Shown: in pieces, positions 51,626 to 64,000 of the stretch
Layout of the letters: each line of letters starts with the position of its first letter
Position numbering within the stretch: position 1 is the first letter of the stretch
DNA from: Antedon mediterranea
Taxonomy: Eukaryota; Animalia; Echinodermata
Direction of reading: 5' to 3'
DNA: 64,000 bases
Assembly (NCBI RefSeq): GCF_964355755.1
Contig: NC_092672.1
Location: 17,993,237-18,057,236, forward strand
Notes under the pieces: model-generated
The model's database searches: none
The model's input: the letters and a program-made list of their open reading frames with translations, nothing else
Told to the model about the DNA's origin: nothing
Position numbers and translations under genes: made by a program

Positions 51626-51995
51626 AGGTTCAATATTTTATTCGTGTGACATATTTGTGTGTATATTAGTATGCACAGAGTAGGTTACACTAACCGCAAA
51701 AATAAAAACAGAAATTTATCACAATGCGCGCAATGTTAAGTTACGGCGGCCGATCAAAGAGCATCGTGAGAGGTGGTGACGCGTGATGATCTCTACTGTA
51801 CTTAAACTTCTAAAAATAGATAGTTTCACATACTACAGAGGGAGCATGTAAACTTTTTACGATTCAACTCCGCGTACGTTACCATGCCCGCTATGTCATT
51901 GACGCGATTATTTATCCATTGGTAAACACATTTTTATTTATTATTATTCTGAAAATAATTGAACTGTACCACAAATAATTACCGATTATTATATA

Positions 51996-52795
51996 TGTTA
52001 TGCGCGATTTGAACGATTTGCGCAATTTGAAATTGCGCAAAAAAAATCCTTGCGCAATTTGAATTGAAACATGTGTTTCAAATTGCGCAAGCAACGTATT
52101 AAATTGCGCAAGTAATCTGCAAATTGCGCAAGGTTTTTCGACAGATTGTGAAATCATGCACACCCATATTTTTATAGTAATTTCTAAGAATGATTCAAAA
52201 TTAAAGATAAATATCGCATTTCCTTATTTTAGTAGTGCAAATATTGTTATAAGTTAGCATACCGTCGAAGAACCGACGAAGGAAAACGAAGCGGTGGTGT
52301 TCCACCAGGCGGGCGCGGCGCGGGCGGCCGGCTATACTACTCTAGCCTAGCTAGGGTCTGGACTACTGATACTGACTAGGTTACATGGCCTAGCTTAAAC
52401 TAATATTAAAAACTTAAAAAGTGAGTATTAAACATTATCTTCATTGAAATGGTCTTATTTATATAATAAAATACTAAATTTTAAACTCCTCTGCCTAGTC
52501 CTAGCCTAGCCATGTATGGGAAAATTTTACAGTTCGTTTTCAAATTGCGCAAAGGTGTCATATTGCGCAAGAACTATCTTGCGCAATTTACAAATTGTGC
52601 AGCGCAATTTAAAATTGCGCAAAGATTTTCTTGCGCAATTTGAAATTGCGCAAGTTGATTGCGCAATTTCAAATTGCGCAAAAAAATCCTTGCGCAATTT
52701 TAAATTGCGCAAGAATTCTTTGCGCAATTTCAAATTGCGCAAGGATTTTTTTGCGCAATTTCAAATTGCGCAAATCGTTCAAATCGCGCATAACA
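51996..52795. mobile_element. Ginger-like MITE (800 bp) with TTGCGCAA arrays
   Basis: TGT...ACA termini, 4-bp TSD TATA, near-perfect TIR of about 65 bp (tgttatgcgcgatttgaacgatttgcgcaatttgaaattgcgc...). Confidence 0.85.
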
Positions 52796-53462
52796 TATAC
52801 ATCAAGTTCATGTTTATTATGTCAAAGGTCAATAACTTTACTTCCGGTCATTATAACAAAATTTTGCATTACAATAAATATAAATATGTATAGTCTCAGC
52901 AATTTGAGACCATTTTTTAATTTTAATGACCAGCCGTTTTTTAGATACAATGCAAGTCAAGGTCAAAGGTCAATAGAGCAGAAAAAAAATTCCTATTACA
53001 TTTTGTCAAAATGTTCCATTACAATGAATATAAATATGCTCCGATGCTGTACTTTTCTACTAGCCTACAGTAAGTTAAAAAATCAAACAGAGCATTTGCC
53101 AAAAGTACTATATTTTATTTTTACTTATTTATTTTCTCATATTAGATCAACAGAAAGGAAAAATAATTATACACTAAATAAATTTATACCACAAAATGAT
53201 TAACAAGCAGTAGACAGACAATGAAAGCAGCAATAAACAACAACAATTTTAAATATTTGTTTATTCCAGTGCCCTATTCATATGTATTAACAATACTTTA
53301 AATAAATAATGATTATAGGCCTACATCTATTATTATTGTCATTTATATGTGCATATCTTGATCTATCTTCTTTAGGAAAACCGGTATCCGTATTCCATTA
53401 TTCTTGATTTTTCAAAAACGTCAGCAATACCAAGCAAGTAATCAAAAAGTTGTTATTTTTAA

Positions 53463-53640
53463 TTTACCTCCGCCAAGGAGGTATATGTAATCGATCGCGT
53501 GTGTTTGTCACTTTGTTTGTTTGTTAGCAGGATATACTTAACAAGATCTTTCCCAAAATGAAAATACAGATAGATATGTGGTCAAGGACCACTCCATTAA
53601 ATTTTGGAGGCAATCCGGACCACAGTCCTAATTCTGGACC
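53463..53640 (+). mobile_element. HINE/DINE-like element, 5' fragment
   Basis: ttACCTCCgccaaGGAGGT hairpin followed by a GTTT microsatellite and ttagcaggata. Confidence 0.5.
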
Positions 53641-55190
53641 AATTTAAAGATAAAAAGCCAGATGGAAATAACATCGACATCCGTTTCAACGAAGAAAAGA
53701 AGGCTAACATCACTCGAAACAGACATATTATTAAATCTGTTTCCGAAGCAATCCTCTTCTGTGGTCGCCAATGTATTGCTCTGCGAGGAGACGTGGAGGA
53801 GTTTTACAAGGAAGATATTGTCACTCATGGGAACACTGGCAATATTTTTGCCGCACTGCAGATGGTTGCCAAGCACGATACCACACTATATAGACAACAG
53901 CAGAAACGCCAAATACACCTCACCGATCATACAGAATCAAATCATTCAAATAATTGGTCACGACATTATTCTTGCCGACATTGTTAAAGAAATCAAGGAT
54001 GCAGGCTGCTTTAGTAATGGCAGATGAAGTAACAAGCTATAATAACGAACAACTGGCTTTATGTGCTCGTTTTGTGGATCAGCATAACAACGTTAGAGAA
54101 GAGTTTTTGGCTTTCTTGCACCTTCCTAGAATCACTGGCGAATGTATAGCCAATTTTATTGTGACGACCATTGAAGATTTTGGACTTGACATAACCAATA
54201 TCAGAGGTCAAGGTTACGATGGAGCATCCAATATGTCAAGTAAGAATGTAGGGTTCAACGAAGAATACCAGATCGTTCTCCGAAAGCTGTCTATGTCCAC
54301 TGCAGTGAACATTGCTTGAACCTTGTTATTGCACATTGTTGTGCGCTTCCAAGCATAAGGAATACCTTGGACAAATTAAAGAAGTGTAGTCTCTTTTTTC
54401 TCGCAAGTTCAAAACGTGAAGGTGAGATTAAGTAGAATTATAAGAAAGGATTTAATATAGGCCTAAGTAAACAAGTTGCTATCTATTTTTAAATATATTC
54501 GTAACTTCAGTAGCCTGAATAAAGAAAATTGTTTTACAGTATCTTTTTCCACACCAAACACTCCTATAACCACACATTGGTAATTATAATTATTACTCAT
54601 ACAGGCCTGCTGAAATCTATCATTCTGAAAGAGCTACCAGAGTCGACAAAACGTAAACCATTGATTGATCTCTGTAGAACCAGATGGGCAGCACGCCATG
54701 ACGCCTACACCCATTTTTACCAAGCTCACATCTTCATCATTATCGCATTAGAAAATATTAGCCAAGGAGCAAATGGTGAGTTGTGTGGAGAGACGTTTAG
54801 AGATGCCAAGTGGGATCCGAAGTCGAGAGGCGATGCGTCATCACTACTAGCAGGCATTACATCGTTTGATTTTATCATAACATTAGTTGTTGTATACCAA
54901 TTCCTTTCACATTTAGCTGGTATCACTATAAAGCTACAGGGCAGATCAGTTGATATCATCTGTGCATACAATCAGGTATTTTTACTTTTCGATACATTCT
55001 ATTTGAAAGATTATTTTTGCTATGCAATAATGCACAATTACACGTTCTCTAATTTACCGGTAATGTACTTATTTTGCAAACACCTTATTATTTTACTTAC
55101 TAAGATAGCAGAAGTCAAAACCACCTACAGATGTATTGCATCTACCATTGATAAAGAGTTTGGGCACATATTCGAGCATGCTGTATTTGC
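53641..55190 (+). pseudogene. Frameshifted, intron-containing hAT transposase (P52rIPK/ZMYM/DUF4371-like)
   Basis: ILFCGRQCIALRGD, AKYTSPIIQNQII, ADEVT..NEQLALCARFVD, RGQGYDGASNMS, YVHC..HCLNL, CRTRWAAR and LQGRSVDI across several frames. Apparent introns at about 54422-54604 and 54976-55103. Confidence 0.88.
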
Positions 55191-55325
55191 AAAAAAACAT
55201 CCAAGGATGCTAGAGCTTCATATGCTATTACATGATCGTCATTCTACTTAAACAGTAATGAATCATTTAAAATAAATCATTGTCTAATACGAACACAATT
55301 TAATTAAGAATTTGTCATTTTGTTG

Positions 55326-58248
55326 TCATTGAAAATCTAAGTGTTCATATCTTGGTAACCAAGAGTAACCAAGACTGTAGAGACTTGCTTTTGGTCTCAA
55401 ATTGTTCGTAATATAAAACTTTATATCAGTTCTAATGGAACATTTACTCCCAAAATGACCGGAAATGGCTTTTCTGACCTTTAGCCCTAACTGACCGGAA
55501 GTTTTGTATCTCCATAACTGGTGGACGTAGTGACTTGATTGTGGTCTCAAATTGTTCGTAATATAAACCTTTATATCAGCTCTAATGGAACCTTTACCCA
55601 AAAATGTGACAGAAATTTCTATCTATTTCTGACCTTTGACCCTATTTGAATGGAAGTTTCATATCTCCATAACGGGTAAACATAGATACTTCATTTTGGT
55701 TTTAAAATGTTCATAACATTAACATACGACTTCCTATTTGCTCTAATGAAAACTTTCCAAAAATAATGACCAAAAATAAAATGACTGACCTTTGACCCTA
55801 GTTACCTGGATTTAGTCATCTTCATACCGTACTGTTGGCATAGTTACTTGATCTTGATATCAAACCTTTTAGAGCATACACATTTCGAGTAGTTCTGTTG
55901 TTAATTGTTTTTTTAATTTATTTTGCTTATTTTATGGACTAAATTGTTTTATGGTTATTTAAGTTAAATACAGCAGTTCATCAGTTTCGTCCTCTTCAAT
56001 ATTGTCATCATCATCATCAGTGAGACTTGCCTGCTCTTGGTTGTCACATAATTTCTCATCGTCACAGCAACTGCAAAGGTCTGTGCAGTTTTTAAACTTT
56101 GAAAACTTGAATTGGTTGGTTGTGCATCATGTTTTTGCACAGTGGCACTTCACTAGGTCGATAAAACCCTGGGGCGCTGGAGGTAAAGATGTCATAACTG
56201 AATGGCCATCTACAATATCCCAACTAAAATCTTGAGGCTCTGGTATAGTTGGATTAGCAATGACATCGTTGTTCCATATTATAGCCTGAGAGTATGCCCT
56301 TAAAATGGCAGGCCGCAATGCACCCAGCGTTGGAGGCAAACCCTCTGATTGTGCTTGTTCCTTCTTAAAAAGCCACCACCTAACATCAGCAACATTTGTT
56401 AAATCTGTGTTTCGTATATAGAGCTTACACACAAATGATGCTTCAGATAGTTCATTTGTTGTTCCTAATAATTTCAGGGCAGTAACAATACCACCAATAA
56501 ATTCCAGAATGTAGTTTTGCTTTTCCCAGAAAATCTATGAGTAATATCTGCACCTGAGAAAGCATGCAGTCCAGGAAGTGTTCTGTGGATTGCGCCAATA
56601 GAATTGTCCTGCGGGTTTTGCGAATGCCGGTAACAAAAGTGTGTATTTTGGCATATAATGAGGTATCATCCGATGGCTAGTACAAGTACGTCAGTGTTAG
56701 TATATATCTAGTGTGGTACCATCATTCGTTGTTGCATCAACGGAATGCAAAATGAGTTTGGTATCAGCTTCCTCCTGACTACTTGCAAGGTTGCTTACTT
56801 CCCTATGTGTAGCCTTCACTTTGTTCCGCCAGGCAACTACAAGATGCTTTTATTTTCCTCCGCATGATCTAATATCTTTTCAGTTAAATACGTCGTCAGT
56901 TCATCTTTCGTTGATACATAAGCAAGAAGACGTTGCATACTGATCGTACTGATTGAAGTTGAATCTGTAATGTGGTAATCTACAGCTAATTGCCGCCTAG
57001 TCATCTCGCACGGTTTGAAGCTTTGAGTGATTCTCCAGTATCATAGTGGTCAAATACCAAATGCACCTCATCATAGTTAACATACTTCTGCCAGTGTCGT
57101 TCAATGAAATGTTCTGATAGATCCAAGCATGTTCCAATATTCTCTGGTTTACTTAGTGATTGCAGATAAGCCATAGCATCGATAATACATACTCATTTAT
57201 AGTTCCTGACAACTTTTTCTTTTGTTGAGTAATTTGTTTCGTGAGCGACTTCTATCTTTTTTGGTAGTTTTTCAAGAATCGTCATCAAGTCACTCTTCGA
57301 CATTGTAGGAAACAGTGAACCATTTGCTGCGAATAAAGCTCTTGGAACAACAGAAAACTCATATGTACCAATGGCTTGTCTAAGGTCGATGTCCCTCAAC
57401 TTGGATACAACTAGTTAACGAGCAAACAGCACCCGGTCTTCCTTGAGTTCTACAAGCTTGTTGTCAATCTTTTTATCCCACTTGAAGACCACATGTGTAA
57501 TTTCAGTTTCTTCATTGAAGCCCACAGTTTTTTTTCATTTGTGGTAATCCTCTCTGTCACAAATTTTGTAAAGCATTCTTGTATTATTTTCGTTCTGTTA
57601 TTGACATCATGCTGGATTTGGGTGGGCATAATGGCTTTAGTGACAATATTGATCAACTGATCACATTTGCTGAACGGGTTTGTGAATTTGTTGATTGTTT
57701 CTGTCAGGTCCGTTACGTTTTTTTCCTTGGAGATCTGTTTTAGCATTACTATTTATATCATGATGTCTACTGAGAAGAAAAGTCATTGTCTCAGCTTCTT
57801 TTGCGAAGTCAGCGAGAGCAGGAGCCACTAGAAAAAACTTTGTGCGAGCAAAAGGGTTTAACGAAATACCAGTTAGCCCCACCAAGTACTTTCATCATTC
57901 GATTTACTTGTACAAACAAGTGCGTGATCTGGAAAAATAGCACCTCCAAGATTAGGGTGAACGGTCAGAAATGGCATTTCCGGTCATTTTGGCGGGAAAT
58001 GTTCCATTAGAGCTAATATGAAGTTGTATATTATAAACAATTTGAGACCAAAAACAAGTCTCTACTGTCTGTGGTTACCAAGATATGAACACTTTAAATT
58101 TCAATGGCAGCCATTTTGAAAATAAAGATGGCGGGCCTCTGCCACCCTTCCAACGTTGTCAACATGTTTTTTCCTGTTGTTTGGATTCTAAATAGGTGGG
58201 ATCTTCTATTCATAAAAATCCCACGGAATTACATAGTCTCCCTGACTA
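55326..58248 (-). mobile_element. Second internally deleted Academ (XPG-type) transposon; outer left TIR lost
   Basis: Right terminus ...CCCTGACTA (reverse TAGTCAGG, like the 32702 element). 55326-55490 is inverted relative to 57950-58108; subterminal TGACCTTTGACC repeats. Confidence 0.8.
55975..57900 (-). pseudogene. Decayed Academ protein, C-terminal half (XPG-like nuclease and CXC)
   Basis: GLTGISLN, NPF, YEFSVVPRALFAANG, IIDAMA, HLVFDHY, SQEEADTKL, TDVLVL, HAFSGAD, LPPTLGALRPAILRA..Q..IW, VKCHC; many frameshifts. Confidence 0.82.
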
Positions 58249-58741
58249 TAATAGTATTGAGCTGGGATTTGGCATGGGTATACTACAGAAACATGTCCTC
58301 AAAGCTATAGAGCCGGATTTTTAAATTTCAAACCGGATGCAGCAGTGACATTTCGAAGATGTTACCTTGGTGCCAAACGATTTTCATCGTAATATAGCCG
58401 TGTTTGGTGTTATTTCAAAGGTCTTGACTTGGAGAATATATACAGTAAAACCTATTTATGATATTGTGACGTCACTTCTGCTCCCGGAAATAGCAAAAAA
58501 ATCACTTTGAGATTTCACAATTTACTGCAATTATGCCATTTCCGGTTATGTGACATAACTTTTCGGAATATAGCCGTATTTGGTAGAGAGGGTATTGATG
58601 TGTATGTGACGTTACATCCCATGACGTCATTACAGCTTCTCTTGCTGTACCCCGAGTATCGCACATTTGTGCTTGTTTTATTTGCTTTTTATCTTACTGC
58701 AATTATATTGACAGAGAACCTTATTGAAAATATAACTTCAA

Positions 58742-59540
58742 ACTCCACTTTTGGCTCTACAGACTAACAGCGATGGATCATTTAAATAGCTGCGCGACGG
58801 CCAACTAGCCTAGATGCCTATTAATGACCAGCGAGATGTGACCAATGGGCCTATTTATTTCGTAATTAAAAAAGTTGTTGCTTCATTCATATATAAACTT
58901 CATATAATTATGAATTATAATTACATGACTAGTTTTAATTTTTATGATTTTTCAAGTACAAAATAAAAGATTTCATATAACTAACACATTATACTGTACA
59001 TAACATGCAATCGTATACAAGTTGATTTGTTGACAGCAGCCGCCGAGCGGATGTGAAAAAAAAAACAGAACTGTTCGGGAGAGAAGTCAGGTTCGCAACG
59101 CTACGCTATTCACTTTCGTACATTTCTTGAAATATGGAAGCTTTATGACACTAGGGCAGGCCCGGTGTGTGTTTTTCTCCCGTTCCGAACTTCATACTTC
59201 CTCTGTCTAATAAAATTAAAGCATTACGATTGGTAGATACCGATTCTTCTCAATATCATAATTATTTTAACGCGTGGCGTAATCGTATTTTAATTATTAA
59301 TTCATGTATGGCCTAGGCAAAGTTTCATCCATCGCTCTCTCTCGCTCGCGCGACGACTAACTAGGCTACAGTACATCCCTAGTCTAGTTATCACTCTCGG
59401 TTAATGTGGTGCGCGGTCTGTGGCACACTCTCTAGTGCAAGCAGCTATAATTACTTTGCTCTGGGCATGCGCAATAGCGTGTCGGATTCCCTAAACGCTG
59501 GGCAGGTGAGTTCCGGTGCCGGAATCCTAACCACAGCGTA
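58742..59540. mobile_element. Inverted paralogue of the 4548-6209 element, without the nested MITE
   Basis: Colinear reverse complement; ends ...gccggaatcctaaccacagcgta as at 6209. Confidence 0.8.
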
Positions 59541-59759
59541 TTAAACATTTATCTCTTATACGTAACAAATATTGACCAGAACCAATTATCAGCGACGCTC
59601 TAACCGAATAACAGATGTTGATTTTTATCGGAACCAAAATAAAACGCTATCGATTTTACCATATCAATCACAAGACGATCGGGCCCTGCGTCACAAGACG
59701 ATCGTACCAACGACGCACGCCCAACGTCTGTATCCCTCATAATTTACTATAATAAAACG

Positions 59760-59890
59760 CTAGGCCTACAGGCCTAGGCCTCATAATTTACTATAAAACG
59801 CTAGGCCTACTATGTCTAGGCCTAGCCTAGCCTGCCTACTAGGGCTAGGCCTCTAGGCCTAGGCCTAGGCCTAGTAGTAGGCTAGGCCTA
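59760..59890. repeat. TAGGCCTA/TAGCCTA array
   Basis: Same irregular TA-delimited GGCC units as 12043-12320. Confidence 0.85.
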
Positions 59891-60183
59891 GTTCCGTTTC
59901 GCACCTTTTTTTATTTCGACTTCCTTTTGACACCAAACTTGTTAAGTAACTTATTGTGAATACCACACCTTAGAATTAGGCCTCATAAGTACTTGTATGA
60001 AGAAGAATCACATATAGAGTAACAAATAGGCCTAAATCCTTTAAATTGATGATTTTACAGACGTGATTTTTCGCACACCGTTTGCGAATTTCGCAACACG
60101 AGAAGTTCAATATTTTCGTCTCTATGGAGCGCCAAAAGAGCAACTACAATTATTCTTAAAAGTGTATGTACAGTATAACAGTA

Positions 60184-62238
60184 GGGTGCAGGTCAACTCG
60201 GCCCTAAACCGTCTCGGCCAAAGTCAAGTCGGCCCCACGTCAAGTCGGCCCCAAGTCAAGCCGGCCTCAAGTCAACTCGGCCTCAAGTCAATTCGGCCTC
60301 ACGTCAACTCGGCCTCAAGTCAACTCGGCTTAAAGTCAACTCGGCCAAAAACTAATCCGTCAACTCGGCCTTTAAAAAGTATGGAATGCAAAAAGTGCTA
60401 ATATAGTAGTTCATTACAATGGCAGGATATAGTACGGTTAGGCCTATATAATAGACGAAATAAAACGGAAATTTCAATGTAAATTAAAACACACTGGCTG
60501 ATCGTTTTTCGTTTAATTGATAGGTAATTTTTATTTATATTGTTGGTTGGTTTGTCTCAGTAAGAACCCTCAGTAGGCCTAATGTGTTTGTTAGATCTAT
60601 TTTGAGGATGTTCCCAGAAATAATCGCAAATATTCTTAGAAGGCCTATATATTATATAGATATTATTAGAATACAGTAAAATAAAAATGGGTTTTTTTTT
60701 GTATATATTCTCTCTCAAATTATTAGCAATATGTCACGGTCAAAGTGAATAACTATATGTGACATTAAAATGGTATATTACAGTAACAAAATTTTTTCAC
60801 ACATTTATTGACGATGTCAATCAAACTACCGAAGAGATTATGGAAACAAATTCGGAATGTTAAATTTCTATTGCAATTGTGCGCTATTCAAATTGTTTTT
60901 ATTACTTTTGTTAGGCCTATTTGATTATAATGGAGAATCCAATGAATACATTTATGGGAAATTAATCTAAAACACACTGAAGAAATCATCATAAATAAAT
61001 GGTGTATTTTTATTTTGTCAAGCATAAAAACTAATCTAAAACACACTGAAGAAATCATCATGAAAAAATGGCGTATTTTTATTTTGTCAAGCAAAAACTA
61101 AAACATATTGTTTGAGTCCAAAACAACGGAATTCCTAAACAACATAATATTGCCTTTGCATTCTCATCTGTTTTTTAACACCCACCGCGCCCTGTATTGT
61201 TCAATAAAATTGATCACCTAAAGGGGCATTCCCACCGTCCGTACCTGTTCCGTTTCGCGGACGGCGCCGTTTTTTCAACGTGACGCGCGCCCGTTCACCG
61301 TTCCGTTTTAAACATTCACACCTGTTCCGTTTTGTGACGTGAGGTTAAAATAGCAGCCGTTTCTGGATGATCATCGGATGATAGTGAGGAAGAAATTATT
61401 CTTTTTAGTTTAATTAAAGATGATATTACAAAACGGGACACAAGATTCCCGATGATAGTATAACAACACACACCATGACAAATTCCATGAATCCATAATT
61501 AAATACAATAAAATCACAATCACATCCCTATGGACTGTTATGGAAGCAAATTTCTCTCTTCCCATGGTGTACTGTATTAATTATGAATAATTATGAAGTA
61601 CTAAACGAAATGAAAATAAAAATGTCATACAAAAAAAACCGTAAGGCCTATTTGAAAATAATGCACATTCATGTCTGGGGTGTGTGTGCATGTAACCTAT
61701 ACCCATAATGCTTATGCAATTTGTTTTCTTGCCTTTTGATTTGTTTTGATTTTAATGTCATTTTATTCTTTTTATATTGATGTATATACAGTTGTAGACC
61801 GAAGTATATTGTTTAAATATTATTTTTTTAAATGTCTTCTTCGACAGTTATTCCTGTATACAAAATGTGAAGAAATATTTGTTTATTTCAAACAATATAA
61901 ATAAATACTACCTATCAATTAATATTATATAATCATTTATATTGAATTTTCCGTTGTATTTCGTCTATTATGTAGGCATAACCGTACTATATCCTGCCAT
62001 TATAATATTAACTACTATATTAGCACTTTTTGCGTTTCATAGTTTTTAGAGGCCGAGTTGACGGATTAGTTTTTGGCCGAGTTGACGTGAGGCCGAGTTG
62101 ACTTGAGGCCGAGTTGACGTGGGGCCGAGTTGATGTGGGGCCGAGGTGACGTGGGGCCGAGTTGACTTGGGGCCGACTTGACGTGGGGCCGACTTGACTT
62201 TGGCCGAGACGGTTTAGGGCCGAGTTGGATCGAAACCC
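60184..62238. mobile_element. Foldback/MULE-like non-autonomous element, 2055 bp
   Basis: GGGT...ACCC termini, perfect 7-bp TSD AACAGTA (60177-60183, 62239-62245), TIRs of about 300 bp containing 17-bp GTCAACTCGGCC tandem repeats. Confidence 0.88.
60962..61093. repeat. Tandem duplication of a unit of about 69 bp
   Basis: taatctaaaacacactgaagaaatcatcat...tatttttattttgtcaagca occurs twice. Confidence 0.85.
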
Positions 62239-62559
62239 AACAGTAACATTTTAGTAGTATTGACATTGACAAAATATATTAAAATTGAACGTAATTTGTA
62301 AAGTTAAAAGTGAATTTCTCGCCGTCGCCATTCCAGAATCGAATGCGTTCGATCTTCATGACAATGACAATGATTCTTTATTTCTTTATCGACCCTTTTT
62401 CAGGGTATGAAAGAACATTCTTTCAATCTTATACAGAAACAAACTAAACACTTCCAGACATAAATATTTGGTCTTAAACATAATTGATGATATATCGAAA
62501 AGCAACATCTAACTAAAACAAATACAAAATATTATGAATAAATTTAGCTAAGTTTGATA

Positions 62560-63370
62560 TTTTTTGGGGGAGATCTGGTATTAGAAACGACAGAAACAGA
62601 CACGGTGGTGGTGTTCTGATAGCATGCAAAAATTCCATAGATGTAATACCTGTGGACATTGACACAAATATTGAGATTCAACTGGCTGAAATCCGAAACT
62701 CGAAACATCCGAATAAAATGTATAAGTGGAAAAAATACAGAAAATTTAGTAACGCATTGCGTGAAACTACGAGAAAGTCTCATTATGATTACGGTACCTC
62801 CATAATCTTAGTTTAGGCTGTAAATTTAATCCTAAACGATTTTGGTCATATGTTAAGAAAAAACGAAAATGTGCAACAGAAAGAAAGTATATTTACACGG
62901 CAATATCATAGATTCAGATTTAAATGCTACTAAAGCATTTTCGATATATTCTCAGTCTAATTTTACTGAAGATAATGATGATTTCAATGTAAGAAACGAA
63001 ACATCTTATTGTAATCACAGTGAAATTGTCTTACCTTTAACTAGTATTTTCATCAATAGGGATCCAATGTTCCGTGCCCTGTTATCTTTAGATACTAATA
63101 AATCCCCTGGACCCGATGGGATTACCCCTATGATGTTGAGTATGGCTGCACCTGTTGTATCCACAATTTTGCTTAAGATTTTTCAAATGTCCCTTGACCA
63201 AGGCATTGTGGTGAAGGAATGGAAATTGGCCAATGTTGTGCCAATTTTTGTTGGTAAAGTTCTAGAACGTATTGTGGCTGATAATTTTTTATTTCATCTT
63301 CAATGTAATGCGTTTGTTAGTCCTGTACAGCACGGGTTCTATCCTGGAAGATCTTGTGTTAGTAGTATAG
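62560..63370 (+). mobile_element. Degenerate CR1-group LINE ORF2 (endonuclease to RT) fragments
   Basis: DRNRHGGGVL, NPKRFWSYVK, KSPGPDGI, EWKLANVVPIF and QHGFYPGRSC with deletions. Confidence 0.85.
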
Positions 63371-64000
63371 TTCCCCGTTCAGTCCAATGAATAATTCATA
63401 AATTAATTAATGAATATTAATATATTAATTATGAGTGTACTATTTATGAATAATTAATTAGGGGGTAGTTTTATGAATATTTAATAATTAAAATGGTATT
63501 ATTTTTTAATAAATGAATAAATTAATTTGTTTAGCGATCTCAGTCCAATGAAGAAGTAATAAGATGTTTTAATATTCATGAATATTAATATATTTTTATT
63601 AATATGAGGGGTGTTTTAATGAATAATTAGTAAATGAGTGATAGTTTTACGTATAATTTTTAAACGTAATACATGTATTACATGATGTTTAAATAAATAT
63701 TTACATTTAAATATTAAAGACAATGTGCTTACCTTCATTGAGAAGTCTGATGTACAGTTTAATGAATAAAATCCACAAGTTTAATCAGCTTTGATTACTG
63801 TTTTTTATGTTTGTATAAGGAATCATAACATCAATTCGCTGTCTTTCCATGGAATTAGTTTACATGTGAGGCGTGGACAGGTCATTTTTTGTAATTCTGT
63901 GATTTTAGCGGGTATGTGACGTCATCCGGCAATGAACCAATAAGATTCCTTATAAGCATAATGCTAATGAAATTAGAATTCGTTGTCCTTGTTGAGATAT

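Noticed and set aside
52516-53203. ORFs with repeated LRNFKLRK
   Set aside because: They are translations of the palindromic TTGCGCAA array of a MITE.
60184-60372. Regular 17-bp repeats and S/R/P/Q-rich ORFs (also 6578-6790 and 62066-62272) as a CRISPR array or protein
   Set aside because: No unique spacers and a eukaryotic context; they are subterminal TIR repeats, and the ORFs are repeat artefacts.
61222-61350. Harbinger-like terminus AGGGGCATTCCCAC after TAA
   Set aside because: The partner end was not found, so it is left unannotated.

Overview
AT-rich, intron-rich animal genomic DNA (marine invertebrate, probably echinoderm-like; taxon is inference). Three host genes can be read exon by exon: the 5' three coding exons of ARPC3 (- strand, continuing out of the window), a complete 18-exon Bre1/RNF20/RNF40 H2B ubiquitin ligase (+, about 926 aa, plus a candidate 27-nt microexon and a non-coding first exon), and a complete 3-exon ALKBH2 (-, 338 aa). 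Most of the rest is a nested patchwork of non-autonomous DNA transposons (hAT, Kolobok-like, piggyBac, Harbinger, Academ, Ginger-like, MULE/foldback-like, Helitron), decayed Academ and hAT coding sequence, and LINE fragments. The most interesting signal comes from comparing paralogous repeat copies inside the window. They differ by recurrent short insertions at TA sites (TA-CAG/CTG-TA and TA-GGC(C)-TA) and by 23-29 bp CAAAGATAG...CTATCTTTG mini-palindromes with 7-bp target duplications. These look like three classes of transposon excision footprint, and the GGCC class piles up into arrays next to promoters. All alignments were made by eye; transposon superfamily names rest on termini, TSDs and motifs, not database searches.
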